Of a DNA stretch of 14,516 nt, positions 6,433 through 14,112 are shown in pieces. Numbering within the stretch: position 1 is the first letter of the stretch; each line of letters starts with the position of its first letter. The position numbers were made by a program, and so were the translations under genes. The stretch covers positions 1-14,516 of the forward strand of contig JARRRI010000075.1 of NCBI GenBank assembly GCA_037380845.1, read 5' to 3'. The DNA comes from Candidatus Sulfobium sp. Lineage in GTDB: Bacteria > Nitrospirota > Thermodesulfovibrionia > Thermodesulfovibrionales > UBA6898. Under the pieces are notes generated by a model. That model was not told the origin of the DNA. It made no database searches and saw only the letters and a list, made by a program, of their open reading frames with translations.

Positions 6433-7668
6433 ATGTCACGGCACATACCGATAGTCATTGTCAGCGATTCGGATTCGGCAAGTCTCATCAAGGAATCCGT
6501 CGAGAAATCGAGGAGCAACACAAGCATCCTGGGTATCGCTCAGGACTTTGATGAAGGCTACCAAATAATTCATAATGAGCAGCCTATGGTTGTGATCGTG
6601 GATATAGGCATGGGTGAAATGGCTCATTCCCTGCAGATGGTGAAAAAGATATCGTATAAATTGCGTGGAATTTTCATCTTCGTCGTCTGCGCCGACAGTT
6701 CTCCCGAGACTATCTTCGATTTCATGAAGGCGGGCGCACATGAATATTTCTTAAAACCTCTTTCCGAGAGTGATCTTTCCGGGGCCTTTCGGAAATTAGA
6801 TCTCCGTGTGAAGGACGAAGCTTACATTGATGATGAGGCTGAGAGCAAGACATATAGTGTTTTTAGCGCGAAGAACGGCGTAGGTGTTACAACGATTGCT
6901 GTCAATCTTGCGGTGAATATCTTTGAAATGACGAAGGAACCCACCGTGCTTGTGGATCTCGACTTGATAGGAGGCGATGTAACCACTTTCTTGGACCTTG
7001 AACCAGCCTTTACTCTCAGTGATATCAAGAAAAATATAACTCGTGTCGATAAGAACTTCCTTCAGGGAGTCATTACAAGACATGAATCGGGCATCTCCAT
7101 CATGGCGGCTCCCCCGGATGTGAAGGAAGGGCTGGTGATTTCGAGTTCAGAGGTTACGAAATTGTTGGGTCTTTTGAGGACAATGTTCAGATACATCGTT
7201 CTTGATACGGAAGCTAACTTCACCCAGTCAACGATGACGGCTGTTCAGATGTCCGATATGATACTCATGCCATTCGTCATGAGTCTGCCCAGCACAAAGA
7301 ACACAAAGAAGTGCTTGGAACACTTGAAGGAGATCGGTATCGAGAGAGAGAAGATACGCCTAGTGGCAAACCGATATCTGGAGAATGTCCAGATAAAAAT
7401 TGAAGAGGCAGAGGAGATACTGGGGCTGTCCATATTCTGTCATATCCCTAATGACTTCACTACGGCGATGGCTTGCCTTAATAAGGGAATTACCCTGAGT
7501 GCCTATGACCCGGGGTCGGCATTGAGCGAGACCATAAGAGAACTGGCGATGCGGTTAACGGGCACTGAAATAGAGCTTAGTATGGCGCCGGGGGGAATAT
7601 CCCTCCCGGGAATGCAGAGACTTTTCCGGGTTACGTCACAGATTTTCAGGAATTTCGTGAGCGTCTAG
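6433..7668 (+). CDS. cpaE: CpaE/TadZ-like protein (N-terminal receiver domain plus MinD/ParA-like ATPase domain)
   Basis: Receiver features VVIVD57IG and KAGAHEYFLK108P. Deviant Walker A FSAKNGVGVTTIAVNLA, then LVDLDL, RHESGISIMAAP, YIVLDT, LVANRY, IPND and LNKG. Amphipathic C-terminus. SD AGGA/GGGGG. Confidence 0.85.
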   Translation: MSRHIPIVIVSDSDSASLIKESVEKSRSNTSILGIAQDFDEGYQIIHNEQPMVVIVDIGMGEMAHSLQMVKKISYKLRGIFIFVVCADSSPETIFDFMKAGAHEYFLKPLSESDLSGAFRKLDLRVKDEAYIDDEAESKTYSVFSAKNGVGVTTIAVNLAVNIFEMTKEPTVLVDLDLIGGDVTTFLDLEPAFTLSDIKKNITRVDKNFLQGVITRHESGISIMAAPPDVKEGLVISSSEVTKLLGLLRTMFRYIVLDTEANFTQSTMTAVQMSDMILMPFVMSLPSTKNTKKCLEHLKEIGIEREKIRLVANRYLENVQIKIEEAEEILGLSIFCHIPNDFTTAMACLNKGITLSAYDPGSALSETIRELAMRLTGTEIELSMAPGGISLPGMQRLFRVTSQIFRNFVSV

Positions 7669-7776
7669 GTGACGCTGGTGCGATCCTAAGTCTTTTTTTG
7701 CCAGATGTCAGTGAAGTCGGTCCTGGAGAATAAGATGCAAAGATGCCGATCGAGATCATTTAAAGGGTGTGACAAA

Positions 7777-7950
7777 ATGAGTTTGAAGAATCTTGCCGAG
7801 GGAATAATTCTGCAAGCCATTGAGGACATCTATGATGACAATGAGAGGGAGGGCTGTATAGCATTTTTCCAGAGCAAAGATGTTGCGATCTATGCGGAAA
7901 TGGCAGGAATAGACGTGGCTTCTCAAGTCAGGCTGCTTGATTATGTTTGA
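7777..7950 (+). CDS. Small hypothetical protein (57 aa, MSLKNLAEGIILQAIEDIYDD...)
   Basis: ATG at 7777 is preceded by AAAGGGTG and is preferred over the 7705 start. Protein-like amphipathic helical composition. Ends 23 bp before the LuxR-family gene. Confidence 0.6.
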   Translation: MSLKNLAEGIILQAIEDIYDDNEREGCIAFFQSKDVAIYAEMAGIDVASQVRLLDYV

Positions 7951-7973
7951 AATGCTAAGCGAAGGGGTGAACT

Positions 7974-8534
7974 GTGGTTGAGGGAGCAGAGTTTATAATC
8001 AATAAATGTCCTGTGGGCCTAATCGTTTTCAACCACAAAATGGATATCGTTGACCGCAACAAGAAGGGTTCTATATTTCTCAACAGCTTTGAATTGCCCG
8101 AGGAGATAACAAGAGTTGGTAATAGAATATTTGATGCCATTAAATGGGGAAAACTTAATGAAAATTTCCCGGGAGAGATTTATATTACAAAAAAGCTCGA
8201 TGGTTCAGCGAGCAACTGGGTATTCAGATTGTACATACGAGAAAAACCAAATCCACTAGTCTATCTTCTTATTTTTGAGGGAACCGTTTCTAACAAGCTG
8301 GATATGGGCGGAATAAGACAGCAGTTTAGATTGACAAGGCGGGAAGCGGACATACTCAGGCGTGTAATTGATGGCTCCAAAAATGCGGACATTGCGGTAG
8401 AGCTTGAAATATCCCTGCAGACAGTAAAAGACCATCTGAGTAATATCTATTTAAAGACAGGCACTGAGAATAGAATGACACTCATGCGCACTCTGGTATA
8501 TTCCCCAGATAATCAATCCGGTCCGCCTTTGTGA
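7974..8534 (+). CDS. LuxR/CsgD-family HTH transcriptional regulator with a PAS-like N-terminal region
   Basis: C-terminal LTRREADILRRVIDGSKNADIAVELEISLQTVKDHLSNIYLKTGTENR is a LuxR HTH. N-terminal CPVGLIVFNHKMDIVDRN resembles a PAS start. No receiver domain. GTG start with SD GAAGGGG. Confidence 0.85.
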   Translation: MVEGAEFIINKCPVGLIVFNHKMDIVDRNKKGSIFLNSFELPEEITRVGNRIFDAIKWGKLNENFPGEIYITKKLDGSASNWVFRLYIREKPNPLVYLLIFEGTVSNKLDMGGIRQQFRLTRREADILRRVIDGSKNADIAVELEISLQTVKDHLSNIYLKTGTENRMTLMRTLVYSPDNQSGPPL

Positions 8535-8692
8535 AGACATCTACCACGAATCACACCTTTTCTTCCTGTAGTCCTCGCCAGTTTCAATAATCAATAACTG
8601 CGGAATCCTTATCGTAATAAGCACTGGCTTATACGATGCTTCCGATACATTGGATTTAACGTCTTCTCAAACCATTTCTGAAATATTTTAAA

Positions 8693-9048
8693 GGTAGTGT
8701 CAAGAATCTTTCGCACTTTCATCAGGTGACCCGAATCCAGTTTTCCCTTTAGGCCGCGATCTCTTTGGTCTCCTCCTTAAGCCGATCCATCTTCAAATAT
8801 TGTCTCAGGCCCCATTTTGTGCCGGCGATATGTCGTAGTCGGGCAGCCACAAGCATCAACGCCGAGTTGCCGTCGGGAAAGGACCCGACTACCCGTGTTC
8901 TCCGCCTGATCTCTTTCATGATCCTTTCAAGAGGATTATTCGTTTTGATTCTCCTTCAGTGTTCTCTGGGAAATGAATAATAACTTACAGTCTCTGATAT
9001 GCCGTCCTTCACCATATCTGCAGCTCGGCCAAGCTTCATGCCCTGGAG
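8693..9048 (-). mobile_element. IS256-family insertion sequence remnant (right end only)
   Basis: IS256-like terminal repeat GGTAGTGTCAAGAATCTTTCGCACTTTC at 8693-8720, just downstream of a transposase 3' fragment. No left end is seen in the window. Confidence 0.85.
8749..9048 (-). pseudogene. IS256-family transposase C-terminal fragment with an internal stop
   Basis: Manual translation gives LQGMKLGRAADMVKDGISETVSYYSFPREH*RRIKTNNPLERIMKEIRRRTRVVGSFPDGNSALMLVAARLRHIAGTKWGLRQYLKMDRLKEETKEIAA*. This matches the TNxLERxxxEIRRRTRVVGxFP signature. TGA at 8956-8958 sits at the usual Trp position. Confidence 0.9.
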
Positions 9049-9081
9049 AGAGGTGGCCGGCAGACTGCGTTCGTCTTCTGC

Positions 9082-9780
9082 TCAGGAGAAAACGGTGAAC
9101 AGCAGAAAGGTGACCGTGGATCCCAGCAGGGCGCCGGCGATGACTTCCCAGGGGGAGTGCACCTTTACTGCGACCCTGCTCTGGGCGATAGCCACGGCGA
9201 GGACAAAGCAAAAAAGCGATGCCAGAAAATTCTCCGTGACAAAGGTTACCGACATCCATATGGAAAAGGCGAGGGCGGCATGGCCGCTGGGGAAGCCGCC
9301 GCTCAGGGGGTGGCCCTTGCCGAAGCGTGACTTGGCGATAACGACGGCGATTACCACCAGAATAAACGCTATGACGGAAATTTGCCATTTTGCGTGTTTT
9401 GCGACCGGGAAGCCCCCGTTGAAAAAAGCCTCCAGATGGGGAAAGAGAATGATAATGCCGATCGCCGCCGCGCCGAAGGCGGCTATGAGTACAGCGCCCG
9501 CTGCAAGGTCCTTGGCAATACGGGCCTTCTCGCTGAACTCCGGGGACAGAAGGTCCACGACCGCCTCTACTGCGGAATTCAGCATCTCGGTTGAAAGTAC
9601 CACTATCACCGCGAGAGCAAGCAGCAGGAATTCACTCTGGGAAACCCCGACAATATAACCTCCGACCAGTACCAGGGCGGCGGAGAAAAAATGGTATCTG
9701 AGGTGTTTCTGTGTCTTTGCGCCGTGAAGGATTCCCTCTATAGCGAAGTTGGCGCTCTTAAGCCACTGTCTTAACGGCAT
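9082..9780 (-). CDS. dgkA: Diacylglycerol/undecaprenol kinase (DgkA family) fused to a PAP2 phosphatase domain
   Basis: SANFAIEGI, EMLNSAVEAVVDL and AKDLAAGAVL (DgkA); FPSGH and SRVAVKVHSPWEV (PAP2). Confidence 0.88.
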   Translation of the reverse strand: MPLRQWLKSANFAIEGILHGAKTQKHLRYHFFSAALVLVGGYIVGVSQSEFLLLALAVIVVLSTEMLNSAVEAVVDLLSPEFSEKARIAKDLAAGAVLIAAFGAAAIGIIILFPHLEAFFNGGFPVAKHAKWQISVIAFILVVIAVVIAKSRFGKGHPLSGGFPSGHAALAFSIWMSVTFVTENFLASLFCFVLAVAIAQSRVAVKVHSPWEVIAGALLGSTVTFLLFTVFS

Positions 9781-10195
9781 GCATGAGTTCCCTCTCTTTT
9801 TTCTCCATTTTTTCCCTCTGGTAGGCGCTGACCTCGTGGTCGTAGCCGAGGAGGTGAAGCAGTCCGTGCAGAAGGAGTCTCAGCAATTCATCGTAAAAAG
9901 TGACGCCGTATTGCTTTGCCTGGCTCAATACCATCGGTATGCAAACGACAATGTCGCCGAGAATCAGCGGGTCGCCGGTCCCATGGCCCATCATGGGGAA
10001 AGACAGAACGTCTGTCGGCCCTGCGATGCCGCGATAGCGTCTGTTGAGGAAAGTCATCCTGCCGGTGTCGACAAAAAGAACGCTGAGTTCAGCTGTGTGA
10101 AGATCTAGCAGCCGCAGCGCCCTGCCTAACTCCCTTTTTACCCTCCTCTGGTTTATTCTTGTCGACTTTTGTCTGTTCTCTAAATATATTTTCAT
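9758..10195 (-). CDS. ybeY: rRNA maturation endoribonuclease YbeY
   Basis: LNRRYRG, PTDVLSFP, LGDIVVC and the metal-binding HGLLHLLGYDH motif. Canonical phoH-HD-ybeY-dgkA context. Confidence 0.95.
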   Translation of the reverse strand: MKIYLENRQKSTRINQRRVKRELGRALRLLDLHTAELSVLFVDTGRMTFLNRRYRGIAGPTDVLSFPMMGHGTGDPLILGDIVVCIPMVLSQAKQYGVTFYDELLRLLLHGLLHLLGYDHEVSAYQREKMEKKERELMHAVKTVA

Positions 10196-11621
10196 CGGAG
10201 AAGTCGAAACCCGGATAATCGATCCTCTTGTGGAAGATTCCGGTTAGTATATATGTGAACCTCTTCTTTATTTCCGAGATGTCCTTAAGAGTGAGTTCGC
10301 ACTCATCCAGCTGGCCTTCCAGGAATATGCGGTTTATGATCTTGTCCACCAGGGCGGAGATCCTGGCAGGTGTGGGATCGGTCAGCACCTTTGAAGCCGC
10401 CTCGACGGCGTCGGCCATCATCACCAGGGCCGCCACCCGCGTCTGCGGTCTGGGTCCGGGATATCGGTAATCCTCTTCGGTAAGGGCTTTGCCCTCATCC
10501 TGCTCCTTCGCCTTCTCGAAAAAATAGGTTATGAGCGAATTACCGTGATGCTGTTTGATAATGTCTATGATGGACTGGGGAAGTTTGTATTGTTTGGCGA
10601 GTTCGACCCCTTCCTTCACATGATTAATGATTATCATGCTGCTCATGTGCGGTGTAAGCTTGAAATGTTTGCTCGGCGAGCCGCTCTGGTTTTCTATAAA
10701 GTAATCGGGCATCCTGACCTTCCCTATATCGTGGTAATAGGAGCTTACTCTCCCCAGAAGAGGATTTACACCGACCGCCTCGGACGCCGCTTCGACGAGA
10801 TTGCCTACTATTACGCTGTGATGATAGGTCCCGGGGGCCGATATCATGAGGCTCTTCATTAGCGGCTGGTTGAGGTCCAGGAGTTCGAGAAGACTTATGT
10901 CAGTCGTTACCTTGAACGCGTATTCGAGAAAGGGGAGGAGGAGAGAGACGATTGCGGAAGTGACTATCCCCGAGAATATGGCAAACGTGACCGCGGACGG
11001 TACTACGGAGGTGAAGAGCTCTTCTCGCGAAAGATAAAGTATCAGTACCATCAGGACATTGGCGAAAGTCACATAAAGCCCGCCCCTCAGAAGAGCGGAC
11101 CTCCTTTTGCACCTTATTACACTGAAGGCCGCCGTCAGACTTCCCACAAAAGCATAGACGGGATAGAGCGCGTCGTTAAGCCAGTATCCCGTGAAAAGAC
11201 TTATGGTAAAGGAGAAAATTATCGCCGTATGGAAATCGAAGAGCAGGGTTACGAGCATTGCCCCGGCCGCCACAGGAATGCCGTATTTCACGGTCCCCGG
11301 GGCGATGAAGCCGATGGTGAGGTTGTGAAAGAGGTATTCCGAAAACCTGCCGATCAGAAGCGTGCCGACGACCATGATCCCGAGGAGGAGGAGCATACTG
11401 TAATTTGAGACGTAAGAAGGCCTGTACCGCATGATGTCCCTGTAGAAAATGAAGAGTAGAACGAAGGCCATCATGGCGCCGCCCGCGAACCTCCCTGCGC
11501 CGGGATTTACCATGAGGCAAAGTGAAACGACCAGGGACATGACACCCAGGAAGAGTATCCTGATCGCCACGGGTCTGATGTCCGGTATTCTCTTCTTATC
11601 CTTCTGCAGACCGTTTTTCAT
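10089..11621 (-). CDS. Membrane 7TM-HD (HDIG) phosphohydrolase, PgpH-like putative cyclic-di-AMP phosphodiesterase
   Basis: Multiple TM helices followed by LLELLDLNQPL, APGTYHHS, YYHDIGK, YFIENQ, QHHG, YRYPGPRPQT, ADAVEAAS and FHKRIDYP. Confidence 0.9.
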   Translation of the reverse strand: MKNGLQKDKKRIPDIRPVAIRILFLGVMSLVVSLCLMVNPGAGRFAGGAMMAFVLLFIFYRDIMRYRPSYVSNYSMLLLLGIMVVGTLLIGRFSEYLFHNLTIGFIAPGTVKYGIPVAAGAMLVTLLFDFHTAIIFSFTISLFTGYWLNDALYPVYAFVGSLTAAFSVIRCKRRSALLRGGLYVTFANVLMVLILYLSREELFTSVVPSAVTFAIFSGIVTSAIVSLLLPFLEYAFKVTTDISLLELLDLNQPLMKSLMISAPGTYHHSVIVGNLVEAASEAVGVNPLLGRVSSYYHDIGKVRMPDYFIENQSGSPSKHFKLTPHMSSMIIINHVKEGVELAKQYKLPQSIIDIIKQHHGNSLITYFFEKAKEQDEGKALTEEDYRYPGPRPQTRVAALVMMADAVEAASKVLTDPTPARISALVDKIINRIFLEGQLDECELTLKDISEIKKRFTYILTGIFHKRIDYPGFDFSDENIFREQTKVDKNKPEEGKKGVRQGAAAARSSHS

Positions 11622-12591
11622 ATTTCTCGTAAGCCTTCACGATTTCCTGTACAAGTCTGTGTCTTACCACGTCTTTCTCGGAGAAATATATGAAACGGAT
11701 ACCTTCGATCCCTGAAAGTATCCCGGCGATCTCGACGAGGCCCGATGTTTTTCCCTGGGGCAAATCTATCTGGGTAATATCACCCGTGATGACCGTCTTG
11801 GAATTGAACCCCAGTCTTGTGAGATACATCTTCATCTGTTCCGCAGTCGTATTCTGTGCCTCGTCCAGAATGATGAACGAATCGTTAAGGGTCCTCCCCC
11901 GCATGAAGGCCAGGGGAGCGATCTCGATTATTCCTTTTTCGATCAGTTTGGAGGCCCTCTCGGCGTCCATCATGTCGAAGAGGGCGTCGTACAGGGGTCT
12001 GAGGTACGGGTTCACTTTCTCGAACATGTCGCCGGGCAGGAAACCGAGTTTTTCGCCGGCCTCGATGGCCGGTCTGGCGAGGACGATCCTGCTTACCTGC
12101 TTCTTGAGGAAGGCGCTTATCGCCATGGCCATCGCGAGATAGGTCTTGCCGGTGCCGGCGGGTCCTATTCCGATGACGATGTCGTAATCCCTGATGGCGT
12201 CAATATAATTCTTCTGCGTCTCGGTCTTGGGAATGATGAAACGACGCTTGGACGACACCGGTATGTTGTCGAGGAAAAGTTCTTTGAGCGACACCCTGCT
12301 TCCCTCAGCCACCGATTTGATCGCATAGCGGATATCTTCCGGATTCAGGCTGGGCACTTGAGAGGTGACATAGCGAAGGTCTCTTATGAGTTTCTCGGCA
12401 GTCCTGATCCTACCTTCTTCTCCTTTCAGAAAGATCTTGTTTCCACGCGAGCTGGCCTTCACGTTCAGGTTCTCTTCTATGAACATGAGGCTCTTCTCCA
12501 GGCTTCTGAAAAGGGAAGGATATTCACTTTCCTCAAACTCTATTTCCGCAGTCGCGACGTCGTTCCTCTTATTCGTCTTTGAATGTAACAA
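11596..12591 (-). CDS. phoH: PhoH-family ATPase (YbeZ/PhoL); exact start uncertain
   Basis: GPAGTGKT, RPAIEAGEKLGFLPG, PYLRPLYDAL, MRGRTLND, LDEAQN, GDITQIDLP and DVVRHRLV. Confidence 0.95.
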   Translation of the reverse strand: MLHSKTNKRNDVATAEIEFEESEYPSLFRSLEKSLMFIEENLNVKASSRGNKIFLKGEEGRIRTAEKLIRDLRYVTSQVPSLNPEDIRYAIKSVAEGSRVSLKELFLDNIPVSSKRRFIIPKTETQKNYIDAIRDYDIVIGIGPAGTGKTYLAMAMAISAFLKKQVSRIVLARPAIEAGEKLGFLPGDMFEKVNPYLRPLYDALFDMMDAERASKLIEKGIIEIAPLAFMRGRTLNDSFIILDEAQNTTAEQMKMYLTRLGFNSKTVITGDITQIDLPQGKTSGLVEIAGILSGIEGIRFIYFSEKDVVRHRLVQEIVKAYEKYEKRSAEG

Positions 12592-13108
12592 AAGTATTCA
12601 GCCCTTCGGTCTTCCTCAGTTTCAGCGACAGCAGATCCGCATCCCGTCTGTTCCTGAACTCTCCGATCCTGATCTTGTAGATGGTTTCACCCCTTTTGTC
12701 CTTTGCGGAGACGATATACGCTTTATACCCCTTTTTTCTGTATCTGGTGCGGAAATCTTCCGCGTCCTTTTCATCGCTTAACGCACCTATCTGTACCGTA
12801 TAAGATATTGTACCCTTTTGCAACTTTCCTTTGGAAGGGGATGGCTTGACGACTCCGGCGGACAGGGGATAGTCTGTCCCGCTCCCGGCTTCCGCCTCAG
12901 GCTGAACACCGGACGTATCGGCGCCTGACCGGGGTGAGGGGGTTTCGACTGCCCGGACGGCGGGCACCGGCGCGTCGTCCCTTTTGCTCTTGCCTACGAG
13001 ATACCCCAGTGTAAAGCTGAGGGAAGAAAAGACAACCACGATCACGATCAGGAATTCCTTGCCGGGTATGTGAAGTGAAGGCCGGTTCCTGTAATCACCG
13101 TCACTCAT
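12569..13108 (-). CDS. SPOR-domain membrane protein (DedD/FtsN-like architecture)
   Basis: Single N-terminal TM helix, a Pro/Ser-rich linker and a C-terminal SPOR domain (YTVQIGAL...YKIRIGEF). Confidence 0.85.
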   Translation of the reverse strand: MSDGDYRNRPSLHIPGKEFLIVIVVVFSSLSFTLGYLVGKSKRDDAPVPAVRAVETPSPRSGADTSGVQPEAEAGSGTDYPLSAGVVKPSPSKGKLQKGTISYTVQIGALSDEKDAEDFRTRYRKKGYKAYIVSAKDKRGETIYKIRIGEFRNRRDADLLSLKLRKTEGLNTFVTFKDE

Positions 13109-14112
13109 AAAACAAGCATAGCATCACCATAGGAGAAAAATCTATATCCCATGGAGACCGCTGTGGAGTAGGCGGCGAGCAGTTTTTCACGTCCCGCGAA
13201 GACGGATGTGAGCATGAGGGGCGTCGAGCGCGGCAGATGGAAATTCGTAATCAGGGAGTCGACGACCCTGGGCCGGTATCCTTCGTGGATAAATATGTCG
13301 GTGGTGCCGGAAATCGTGCCATTGGAAGAGATAATTTCAGACCTGCCGCTCATATATCCTTCAAGGGCGCGCGTTGTCGTCGTGCCCACGGCAACTACCC
13401 TGTTGCCCCGCTCCTTTACCTTCTTTATATCGGAAATGAGTTCAGGCGCCATTTCAAAAAATTCCCGGTCCATGGCATGGTCCTTCAGTTCCGGAGTCCT
13501 TACCGGCCTGAACGTGCCCGTTCCGACGTGTAAGGTAACGGACCTGATCATCACCGAAGCCGCTGCAAGGGTATACATCAGTGCACGGGTGAAATGCAGT
13601 CCTGCAGTGGGGGCGGCGATGGACCCTTCCACTTCCGCGTAGACTGTCTGATATCGCTCCCTGTCATGCTCGTCGGGTTGACGCCTTATGTAAGGGGGAA
13701 GGGGCATCAGACCTTCCTTTCTTATCAATTCCTTCAAATCCGGACGATGCTCAAAGCGGACGGTTTTTCCCTCCTCCACCCGGGCTTCCAGAATCTCCGA
13801 AACCCTTACAGGTCCGGAATACCTTTCCTTGCAGAGAATATTCCAGACCCCCGGGGAGGTTTCGCCGACGAGCAGCATCTCCAGCTTGCCGCCTGTCGGT
13901 TTTCTGCAGTTGAGGCGGGCCGGGAAGACCTTCGAATTGTTTGTGACGAGCATGTCACCCGGATCGAGCAGTGAAGGGAGTTCAGAGAACGTCCTGTGTT
14001 CCGTGTTTCCGTCGCGGCGGAGGACGAGAAGCCGGGAGCTGTCCCTCTTCCCGGCCGGCCTGTTGGCAATGAGTTCAGCAGGCAGGTAAAAGTCGTAGTC
14101 AGCGGTTTTCAT
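13105..14112 (-). CDS. queA: S-adenosylmethionine:tRNA ribosyltransferase-isomerase
   Basis: True start is the ATG at 14112 (MKTADYDFYLP). Motifs PLPPYI, YQTVYA, GSIAAPTAGLHF, TLHVGTGTF, AVGTT, TNFHLPRST and FFSYGDAM. Confidence 0.96.
   Translation of the reverse strand: MKTADYDFYLPAELIANRPAGKRDSSRLLVLRRDGNTEHRTFSELPSLLDPGDMLVTNNSKVFPARLNCRKPTGGKLEMLLVGETSPGVWNILCKERYSGPVRVSEILEARVEEGKTVRFEHRPDLKELIRKEGLMPLPPYIRRQPDEHDRERYQTVYAEVEGSIAAPTAGLHFTRALMYTLAAASVMIRSVTLHVGTGTFRPVRTPELKDHAMDREFFEMAPELISDIKKVKERGNRVVAVGTTTTRALEGYMSGRSEIISSNGTISGTTDIFIHEGYRPRVVDSLITNFHLPRSTPLMLTSVFAGREKLLAAYSTAVSMGYRFFSYGDAMLVL

Noticed and set aside
8535..8692. Short minus-strand frame next to the IS end (FKIFQKWFEKTLNPMYRKHRISQCLLR*) as a possible IS-interrupted gene tail
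   Set aside because: Too short and without a recognisable motif; cannot be supported without BLASTX.
8956..8958. In-frame TGA as recoding (Trp or Sec readthrough)
   Set aside because: TGA is used as a normal stop by many genes in the window and the transposase is 5'-deleted, so a simple nonsense mutation is the likelier explanation.
8765..9658. Plus-strand ORFs 8765-8980 and 8999-9658 and minus-strand ORF 8936-9388
   Set aside because: They are shadow frames of the IS256 transposase fragment and dgkA.
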